Shown one piece after another: positions 57,417-64,000 of a DNA stretch of 64,000 nucleotides (the stretch's first letter is position 1; each line of letters starts with the position of its first letter). This DNA comes from Minisyncoccota bacterium (GTDB lineage: Bacteria > Patescibacteriota > Minisyncoccia > 2-02-FULL-40-12 > GWA2-44-9), in NCBI GenBank assembly GCA_018062285.1, contig JAGOSO010000003.1, positions 6,992 through 70,991 on the forward strand. Reading direction: 5' to 3'. The notes beneath the pieces were generated by a model. The model worked only from the letters and a program-made list of their open reading frames with translations, ran no database searches and was not told the origin of the DNA. The translations under genes were made by a program, and so were the position numbers.

Positions 57417-57424
57417 ATTATTAT

Positions 57425-59854
57425 ATGGAAGATATCAAAGGCATAAAACCAAGAGAGATTGTTGATGAGGTTCAGCAATCGTACATAGAATACGCCATGA
57501 GCGTTATTGTCGCGCGTGCTTTGCCTGATGTGCGCGATGGTTTAAAGCCGGTTCACCGCCGCATTTTGTATTCGATGCAAGAGATGGGTTTGCGTCATTC
57601 TGCTAAGTATCAAAAATCAGCTAAGGTGGTCGGTCATGCCATGGGTAATTACCACCCACACGGTGACTCTGCTATCTATGACTCCTTGGCTCGTATGGCC
57701 CAGGATTTTTCTTTGCGCTATCCATTGGTTGATGGGCAGGGTAACTTTGGTTCGGTTGATGGTGATGCTCCAGCGGCCATGCGTTACACTGAAGCTCGCT
57801 TAGATTCAATCGCGGATCAACTTCTGGCCGACATTGATAAAGATACGGTTAATTTTAGAGATAACTATGATGGCTCGCATCAGGAGCCAGTGGTTTTGCC
57901 AACCAGAATTCCAAACCTGCTTATTAATGGTACCGAAGGTATCGCTGTAGGTATGGCTACTAAAATCCCACCTCACAACTTGAGTGAAATTTTGGCTGCC
58001 ATGATGCATTTGATTGATGAACCAGAAGCCGACCTCAAATCATTGATGCAATTTGTTAAAGGTCCGGATTTTCCAACAGGCGCCACAATTTACAACGAAC
58101 AAGATATTACTAATGCCTATGCCACCGGTCGGGGACCAGTTGTAATGCGCGGTAAGGCAGAAATCGTGGAAGGTAAAAAGGGTTTTCAAATTATTATTTC
58201 CGAAATTCCTTATCAGGTTAACAAGTCCGAGCTAATCATTAAGATGGCTGAACTACATAAGGAAAAAAAGATTGATGGAATCAGGGACTTGCGAGATGAA
58301 TCTGACAAAGACGGCATGCGTATCGCCATTGATTTAAAAAATGACGCTTTCCCTCGCAAAGTTTTGAACCAACTATACAAATACACCGAACTCCAAAAAG
58401 CTTTTCACTTTAATATGATCGCCTTGGTAGACGGTATTCAGCCTCAGACTATGGGTCTGAAGAGTTTGCTTGAGAAATTTATTGAGCATCGCAAAGAAGT
58501 TATTATCCGTCGCAGTAAATTTGATTTACAAAAAGCTAAGGATCGCGCCCATATTTTAGAAGGCTTAAAAAAGGCTTTAGATTTTATTGATGAAGTCATT
58601 AAGATTATTCGTAAGTCTGCAGACAAAGATGAGGCCTCAGCTAACTTAATTAAGCGCTTTAAGTTTTCGACACTCCAAGCTTCTGCCATTTTAGATATGC
58701 GCTTGCAGGCTCTTGCTGGATTGGAGCGCAAAAAAATTGAAGACGAGCTTGCTGAAAAAATGTCGATTATCGAATACCTCGAGAGTTTGCTTAAGAGCCC
58801 AAAGAAAATCCTCGGTGTTGTAAAGGATGAATTTAATGAAATCAAAGAAAAATTTGGCGACGAACGTCGAACAAAAGTCGTTAAGTCGGCCCTCCGAGAA
58901 ATAGGGGAAGAAGAGTTAATTCCAGAAGAGGAGTCCCTATTCATGATTACTCGTGACGGATATGTTAAGCGTATGGCCCCAGACACCCTCAAGGCTCAAA
59001 AGCGTGGCGGTAAGGGCTTGATTGGTATGGCCACCAAAGAAGAAGACGTCGTTTCCCATTTCTTTTTGGCTAACACCCATGACAATTTATTATTCTTTAC
59101 TAATTCCGGAAAAGTATTTCAGACAAAGGGCTATGAAGTCCCAGAATCCTCTAGACAATCAAAAGGAAAAGCCATCGTCAACTTCCTTCAGGTCTCGCCA
59201 AGTGATGTCATTACTGCCGTCGTGCCAATTCCAAAGGGTCAGAAACAAATGTATTTATTTATGGCCACAGAACATGGCGTAATCAAGAAAGTTGAAATGG
59301 ATGCTTTTGAAGCGGTCCGCCGCAATGGTATGATTGCCATTAAATTAAACGCAGATGATCGTTTGGGTTGGGTCTTGCCAACTTCTGGCGATGATCAAAT
59401 CTCAATGGTTACTTCTGGTGGCAATGCGATTCGGTTCAAAGAAAAAGATGTCCGCCCAATGGGTCGTGGCGCTGCTGGTGTTATCGGTGTACGCTTAGGA
59501 AAAGACGAACGTGTCGTTGGTGCCGACATGATTCCTTCAGGTGCCGAAAAGGGCCTACATCTCTTGGTGCTCATGGAAAACGGTTACGGTAAACGCTCAG
59601 CTCTCAATTCGTATAAGATTCAAAAGCGTGGTGGGCATGGTATTATGACTGCAAAATTAACCCCAAAGACCGGCAAGTTGGTTTCTGCTCACGTTACTTC
59701 CGAAGAGAACACTGAAATTATCGCCGTTTCTCTCAAGGGGCAGGTAATCCGAACTTCAATTGAAAGTATTTCTGTTCTCGGTCGAGCCACACAAGGTGTT
59801 CGCGTCATGCGTCTTGATACGGGGGATAAGCTGGCTTCCGTCGCCGTTTCATAG
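57425..59854 (+). CDS. gyrA: DNA gyrase subunit A.
   Basis: Active-site [10 protein letters not shown], a GyrA-box QKRGGKG and a C-terminal beta-pinwheel. 809 aa. Confidence 0.9.
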   Translation: MEDIKGIKPREIVDEVQQSYIEYAMSVIVARALPDVRDGLKPVHRRILYSMQEMGLRHSAKYQKSAKVVGHAMGNYHPHGDSAIYDSLARMAQDFSLRYPLVDGQGNFGSVDGDAPAAMRYTEARLDSIADQLLADIDKDTVNFRDNYDGSHQEPVVLPTRIPNLLINGTEGIAVGMATKIPPHNLSEILAAMMHLIDEPEADLKSLMQFVKGPDFPTGATIYNEQDITNAYATGRGPVVMRGKAEIVEGKKGFQIIISEIPYQVNKSELIIKMAELHKEKKIDGIRDLRDESDKDGMRIAIDLKNDAFPRKVLNQLYKYTELQKAFHFNMIALVDGIQPQTMGLKSLLEKFIEHRKEVIIRRSKFDLQKAKDRAHILEGLKKALDFIDEVIKIIRKSADKDEASANLIKRFKFSTLQASAILDMRLQALAGLERKKIEDELAEKMSIIEYLESLLKSPKKILGVVKDEFNEIKEKFGDERRTKVVKSALREIGEEELIPEEESLFMITRDGYVKRMAPDTLKAQKRGGKGLIGMATKEEDVVSHFFLANTHDNLLFFTNSGKVFQTKGYEVPESSRQSKGKAIVNFLQVSPSDVITAVVPIPKGQKQMYLFMATEHGVIKKVEMDAFEAVRRNGMIAIKLNADDRLGWVLPTSGDDQISMVTSGGNAIRFKEKDVRPMGRGAAGVIGVRLGKDERVVGADMIPSGAEKGLHLLVLMENGYGKRSALNSYKIQKRGGHGIMTAKLTPKTGKLVSAHVTSEENTEIIAVSLKGQVIRTSIESISVLGRATQGVRVMRLDTGDKLASVAVS

Positions 59855-59869
59855 TGCTATAATATTTTT

Positions 59870-60517
59870 GTGAAAACTATCTCTGAAATAATGACCTCTA
59901 AGGTCGTTACTGTTTCTCCTCAAACTCCAATCGTGGAAGCGATTGGAGTTTTGTTGCAGGGCAATTTTAATGGTCTGCCCGTTGTTGATGATAAGGGCTT
60001 TTTGGTGGGGATATTAACCGAATACAATTTCATTGTTGGAAGTTCGTCTATCCATTTACCAACCTTGGTTAAATTGTTTGACCAGCTTGATACGTATAAA
60101 AAGGACCAATACTTGATTAAAGACGAACTTAAAGAAATATTGAAACTAAGTGTTAATGAGGTCATGAACAAAGAACCATTGACTCTTGCGCCAAGTGATT
60201 CAATTGAAAAATTAGCCCAAGTATTTAAGGAGCATCATACCGTTAATCCCATTCCCGTTGTTGACGAGGTTAAGCACTTGGTTGGTGTGGTCAGTCGTTC
60301 TGATTTGTTGAAATTTTTTGGAGACAACCAGATAGAGATTAAGCATGGCACTGAGGCGGAAGTAGATAAAAGCGTATCTATTTTTGTGAAAAATTTTGAA
60401 AATAGGTTCACCTTTGTTAGTAAGACTAGGACTAAGTGGTGGATCGTGGTCAGTTTGCTTTTTGCTCTTGTTGGCTTTGCAATTGCGTGGTTGTTGATAT
60501 TGAGAGTTAACGTTTAG
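59870..60517 (+). CDS. CBS-pair domain protein with a C-terminal TM anchor, 215 aa.
   Basis: Two CBS motifs (…VVTVSPQTPI…GLPVVD…, …PLTLAPSDSI…PIPVVD…) and a terminal TM helix. Confidence 0.75.
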   Translation: MKTISEIMTSKVVTVSPQTPIVEAIGVLLQGNFNGLPVVDDKGFLVGILTEYNFIVGSSSIHLPTLVKLFDQLDTYKKDQYLIKDELKEILKLSVNEVMNKEPLTLAPSDSIEKLAQVFKEHHTVNPIPVVDEVKHLVGVVSRSDLLKFFGDNQIEIKHGTEAEVDKSVSIFVKNFENRFTFVSKTRTKWWIVVSLLFALVGFAIAWLLILRVNV

Positions 60518-60591
60518 TTTTTTGTAGTATCATTATCTGAAGGTCGATTTGGTGATTTTGGTTATAAAAATAAAAATAAAAAATAAATGGA

Positions 60592-61047
60592 ATGGCTTTA
60601 AGTAAAAATAGCATATTAAGGAGTAGGGAATTTTGGATTGGTTTTTTGGTTGCTGTAGTTGTTTTTGTTGGTTTAATTGAATTACAGAAGAGTAATAATC
60701 GGGCAGCGGCCTTGAGCGATCTTAATTCTAAGTTTTCAAAAATAACTAGTCCAACTGCGAGAGCAGCATTAGTTATCAGGGACGAAGCGATTATTAAGGC
60801 CAATAAGTCTTGGTTCAGTTTTTATAACTCTAGCGCTATGATGGCAAGTCCTGATGAGGAAGAAGTTGATAATAAGTGCCGTGGTAACGCAACCGATTGG
60901 ACCTGCAACTTAAGGAATGACAGGGAGCTCATTGGTTCGGTTACTGGCTCCGAGGATTTTAACTTGACCCCAACTCAAGACGAAAATGGTGAGTGGCAGA
61001 TTGGTGTGCCCACACCACCATGCGCTGTGTCAGACGAGGGTTGCTAG
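60592..61047 (+). CDS. Small N-terminally anchored secreted protein, paralog A, with a Cys-rich C-terminal domain. 151 aa.
   Basis: Conserved N-terminus EFWIGFLVAVVVFVGL.ELQ..SNRAAALSDLN shared with paralog B. C-terminal CRGNATDWTCN...CAVSDEGC. Confidence 0.6.
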   Translation: MALSKNSILRSREFWIGFLVAVVVFVGLIELQKSNNRAAALSDLNSKFSKITSPTARAALVIRDEAIIKANKSWFSFYNSSAMMASPDEEEVDNKCRGNATDWTCNLRNDRELIGSVTGSEDFNLTPTQDENGEWQIGVPTPPCAVSDEGC

Positions 61048-61056
61048 TTAAATAAA

Positions 61057-61110
61057 TACAGCAAATCAAAAAAGATCCGCGCGCACGCGGATCTTTTTTG
61101 ATTTGCTGTA
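61057..61110. terminator. 25 bp near-perfect palindromic bidirectional terminator.
   Basis: TACAGCAAATCAAAAAAGATCCGCG-cgca-CGCGGATCTTTTTTGATTTGCTGTA. Confidence 0.85.
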
Positions 61111-61220
61111 TAAATAAAAGTTAGATATTTTTTATCCTGCCCGACCTTGCAATTGCGTGATTGTTGATATTGAGAGTTAATGTTTAGTTTTTTTGTAGTA
61201 TTATTATTTTAAGGTCGAAT

Positions 61221-61640
61221 GTGGTTTTAAAAAATATCAAAAAAATGGCTTATAATTCAAAAAACATGTTAAAGAGCAAGGAATTTTGGATTGGTTTTTT
61301 GGTTGCTGTAGTTGTTTTTGTCGGCCTAGGAGAATTGCAAAGAGGGAGCAATCGAGCAGCAGCGTTAAGTGATCTTAATGCCAAATGGGCCACCCTAAAG
61401 GGTGATTCCCAGAAGGACATTGCGCTCACGTGGGCAACGTCTGTCATGTTTCAAAATAAATCTTGGTTTGATTTTTCAAACTCAAGTGCTGACGAAGGGG
61501 ATGGAGAAGGGGATGGAGAAAAAAGACCGAGGGAATACGGCATGGAGTTCTGGAATCGTGTCAGCCCTGTTGTGCCTTCTGTTATGACGGGTTGGGGTTG
61601 GTTTAACCCAGACACAGGCGCATGGGTTGAAGGTCGCTAG
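61221..61640 (+). CDS. Small N-terminally anchored secreted protein, paralog B, with a Gly/Asp/Glu-rich and Trp-containing C-terminal domain. 139 aa.
   Basis: Same N-terminal 45 aa as paralog A. The C-terminus (DEGDGEGDGEK...GWGWFNPDTGAWVEGR) is unrelated. Confidence 0.6.
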   Translation: MVLKNIKKMAYNSKNMLKSKEFWIGFLVAVVVFVGLGELQRGSNRAAALSDLNAKWATLKGDSQKDIALTWATSVMFQNKSWFDFSNSSADEGDGEGDGEKRPREYGMEFWNRVSPVVPSVMTGWGWFNPDTGAWVEGR

Positions 61641-61654
61641 TAACTAATTTAGAT

Positions 61655-61691
61655 AAAACAAAAACGACCCAGTTGGGGTCGTTTTTGTTTT
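61655..61691. terminator. Bidirectional A/T-flanked hairpin terminator.
   Basis: AAAACAAAAACGACCC-agtt-GGGGTCGTTTTTGTTTT. Confidence 0.8.
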
Positions 61692-61739
61692 GGTGGATAA
61701 CTAAAATTAAAATAAGTTTTGTTGTGATAAAATTAAAAG

Positions 61740-62291
61740 GTGGAACCAACTAATACACCTTTGGAAGGTTTTCTAGACCCTGATGCGGTTGTCGGGGAGT
61801 TTGGGATTTTACCCGGCATGAGAATTGCCGACTTTGGTTGCGGTGCTGGTCATATCGGAATAATGGTGGCCCAACAGGTTGGGAAGGATGGTCTTGTTGT
61901 TGCTGTCGACATAATGGAAGACAAGCTAGAGAGTATTAAGGCTAGGGCAAAAGCTTCCGGCTTAGAGAATTTAGAAATCAAAAGAGCCAACCTAGAGGTT
62001 CCAAATAATACTGGCCTTGGTGATAGTACCCAAGACCTAGTTCTTCTTATTAACATTCTTTTTCAATCAAATAAAAAATCTGACATTATTAAAGAAGCAA
62101 AAAGAGTTTTAAAAACTGGCTCACAGGTTGTTGTGGTTGATTGGAAAAAGGGGGGCGGTGGATTCGGTCCGCCTAACAACCTAAGGACAGAGGTGGTTGA
62201 TATGCAAAATCTTTTTACGAACGAGGGTCTCAGTCTTGTGCGTCAGTTTAACGCTGGGCAATTCCATTACGGTTTAATTTTTAAAAAATAG
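61740..62291 (+). CDS. Class I SAM-dependent methyltransferase. The start codon is uncertain (GTG at 61740 or the internal ATG).
   Basis: Motif I DFGCGAGH and an acidic motif II (VVAVDI). Confidence 0.7.
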   Translation: MEPTNTPLEGFLDPDAVVGEFGILPGMRIADFGCGAGHIGIMVAQQVGKDGLVVAVDIMEDKLESIKARAKASGLENLEIKRANLEVPNNTGLGDSTQDLVLLINILFQSNKKSDIIKEAKRVLKTGSQVVVVDWKKGGGGFGPPNNLRTEVVDMQNLFTNEGLSLVRQFNAGQFHYGLIFKK

Positions 62292-62297
62292 TTTCTC

Positions 62298-63602
62298 ATG
62301 AATAGTAAAAAGTTAATGTACATTTTGGTCGGTGTCATATCCGTTGCAGTTTTGATTACAATTGTTTTGGTTTTAAAGAATGTGGGTGGGTCAATTTCAA
62401 AACCAGTCACTCTTCAATTTTGGGGAGTGTTTGATGACCATAATGATTTTGACGCTACTGTAAAAAACTTTAAATCTCAAAATCCTGGAATTGATGTTAA
62501 GTATCAATTGTTTACTTTTCAGCAATATGAATCAGGATTTGTTAATGCCTTGGCAGCTGGAACAGGCCCAGATGTTCTGATGATTCACAACACTTGGCTA
62601 CCTAAGCATGGTGACAAGTTGGCTCCAATGCCTGCCACAGGCGTGCCTGACACAAAAACACCATTTACTCTACAGAATTTTAAAGATCAATTTGTCGATG
62701 TTGCTTATCAGGACTTAGTGTTTAATAATCAGATTTATGGCATGCCTTTGTATACCGATACGCTGGGTCTTTATTACAACAAAGATTTGTTTAATAGTGC
62801 TGGAATTGCTCGTCCACCTCAGACATGGGATGAGGTTAATTCAGACGTCCAATTGTTGACCAAGATTGATAAGAGTAACAATGTTATTCAGTCCGGGTTT
62901 TCTTTGGGAACTGCTCGCAACATAAACCGTTCCACCGATATTTTAATGGACATGATGATTCAGTCAGGTGCTCAAATGACCTCTGTTGATCAGCGGTCAG
63001 CCAGTTTTTCTCAAAACGTTAACGGTCAGCCAGTTGGCCAAATTGCATTACAGTATTACACAAACTTTGCTAACCCTCGAAATCAGAATTATTCCTGGAA
63101 CGATAGTCAGCACTACTCGATAGATGCTTTTACAGAGGGCACTGTGGCCATGATGCTCGGATACGCTCATGATACGCAAGTTATTAGATCCAAGGCGCCT
63201 CGTCTGAATTTTGCTGTCGCCCCAATGCCACAAGCATCGATAAGTGATGTTAGAAATTTTGCTAACTACTGGGCCGTTGCGGTTCCCTCAAAATCCACTA
63301 ATCAGTTGCAGGCTTGGAAATTTGTAAATTATTTATCCTCAAAGGAGGGGATAACAAGTTATCTTAATGCCACAAATCGCCCTTCTGCTCGAAGGGATTT
63401 AATTGATTTACAGAGGAGTGACCCGGATACTGGGGTTTTTGCTGTTCAGGCTCTTTCTGCTCGTTCGTGGTTCCAGGCAGACAATACAGCGATAGAAGGA
63501 ATTTTTGCGGACATGATTGATGATGTTAATTTTAATCGGTCTTCGCTCAAAGAAGCGATAACCCGAGCCGAATCTAGGGTTACGGTACTCATGCAACGTT
63601 AA
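62298..63602 (+). CDS. ABC transporter substrate-binding protein (family 1, sugar-type), N-terminally anchored. 434 aa.
   Basis: TM anchor, then an SBP_bac_1-like sequence (…WGVFDDHN…KYQLFTFQQYESGF…AGTGPDVLMIHNTWLP…). Confidence 0.8.
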   Translation: MNSKKLMYILVGVISVAVLITIVLVLKNVGGSISKPVTLQFWGVFDDHNDFDATVKNFKSQNPGIDVKYQLFTFQQYESGFVNALAAGTGPDVLMIHNTWLPKHGDKLAPMPATGVPDTKTPFTLQNFKDQFVDVAYQDLVFNNQIYGMPLYTDTLGLYYNKDLFNSAGIARPPQTWDEVNSDVQLLTKIDKSNNVIQSGFSLGTARNINRSTDILMDMMIQSGAQMTSVDQRSASFSQNVNGQPVGQIALQYYTNFANPRNQNYSWNDSQHYSIDAFTEGTVAMMLGYAHDTQVIRSKAPRLNFAVAPMPQASISDVRNFANYWAVAVPSKSTNQLQAWKFVNYLSSKEGITSYLNATNRPSARRDLIDLQRSDPDTGVFAVQALSARSWFQADNTAIEGIFADMIDDVNFNRSSLKEAITRAESRVTVLMQR

Positions 63603-64000
63603 TGATAAAATATTTTTCTGTATTTATTTTAATCTTTGCTCTCGTCCTTTCTTCTCCTCGCCAAGCATCTGCCGTGGATTGGTTTCCGCTTGTGCCGTGC
63701 GGTTTGAACCAACAACCGGTCGGAGCGACTAGAAAAGATACTTTGCCTGACGGGACCCAGGTCCCTCATGACTACACCCAGCCCTGCAATCAGTGCTTGC
63801 TGATAGAGTTGGGGAAGAACGGAATTGATATGACGTTTTTTGCTATTGTGCCGTCTGTTGGTACACTTTTGTTTTTGTATGCCGGATTTAAGATTTTATT
63901 AGGCGCCCGAGAAGGTAAATCTGCTCAAGTTGCAGAGGCCCAAAAAATAATGAAGACCACCGCTACGGGTATCGCCATTATTTTAAGTTCATGGCTGATA
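63602..64000 (+). CDS. Partial ORF (5' part, runs off the window): signal peptide plus two-helix small protein, VirB2/TrbC-type T4SS-pilin-like.
   Basis: Hand-translated from nt 63602: MIKYFSVFILIFALVLSSPRQASA | VDWFPLVPCGL...CNQCLL...MTFFAIVPSVGTLLFLYAGFKILLGAREGKSAQVAEAQKIMKTTATGIAIILSSWLI. Topology is a long signal peptide plus two hydrophobic helices. Confidence 0.4.
   Translation, partial: MIKYFSVFILIFALVLSSPRQASAVDWFPLVPCGLNQQPVGATRKDTLPDGTQVPHDYTQPCNQCLLIELGKNGIDMTFFAIVPSVGTLLFLYAGFKILLGAREGKSAQVAEAQKIMKTTATGIAIILSSWLI

Larger units (their letters stand above)
60480..61696 (+). repeat. Tandem segmental duplication of about 600 bp x2. Each copy carries a small membrane-protein gene and a strong terminator.
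   Basis: 60480-60730 and 61150-61390 align at about 85% nt identity. Copy 1 begins inside the 3' end of the CBS gene. The 3' halves of the copies are diverged. Confidence 0.8.

Noticed and set aside
60480-61696. CRISPR-like appearance of repeated sequence blocks.
   Set aside because: There are only two long (~250 nt) copies containing ORFs, with no short regular repeat-spacer periodicity. It is a tandem gene duplication.

Overview
This 64 kb window is gene-dense, about 40% GC, with short intergenic spacers and many 1-10 nt gene overlaps. Gene content and style (type IV pilus genes, a minimal VirB4/VirB6 T4SS-like operon, mostly CCA-less tRNAs, weak Shine-Dalgarno sites, many unannotatable small membrane/secreted proteins) suggest a small-genome Patescibacteria/CPR-like (possibly Saccharibacteria-like) bacterium. 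That assignment is an inference from gene content only.

Main blocks, in order:
- 1-5313: a type IV pilus locus (pilT 3' part, pilC, major pilin with its own terminator, prepilin peptidase pilD, three minor pilins, a PilX_N-like protein).
- 5316-17141: housekeeping genes (ligA, gatCA, cca, dut, nadK, uvrD/pcrA-like helicase, rsmA) interspersed with tRNAs.
- 17149-27306: a tightly packed nine-gene operon of secreted and membrane proteins that includes a VirB6-like polytopic protein, a VirB3-like two-TM protein and a VirB4-family ATPase split by a single in-frame TAA. This is the best candidate for the undescribed system.
- 27346-32239: the chromosomal origin region, with rpmH-rnpA-yidD-yidC-jag divergent from dnaA-dnaN and DnaA-box clusters on both sides of dnaA.
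- 32517-39154: PBP1A, tyrS and a ruvB-yebC-hyp-ruvC-acidic protein operon.
- 39491-41215: pilB, separate from the other pilus genes.
- 42259-46422: nusA, tig, a cysteine desulfurase.
- 46961-52208: tRNA clusters on both strands flanking an HTH/LAGLIDADG-like gene. One tRNA reads as tRNA-Ile(UAU).
- 52231-56144: ftsH and rpsA, interrupted at about 54167-54920 by a ~750 bp island of ~65% GC that carries one Lys/Ala-tailed ORF and is clearly foreign in composition.
- 57425-64000: gyrA, a CBS protein, a tandemly duplicated small membrane-protein gene pair with diverged C-termini, a methyltransferase, an ABC substrate-binding protein, and a 5' fragment of a VirB2/TrbC-like pilin candidate running off the window end.

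No rRNA, CRISPR array, transposase or integrase was seen.
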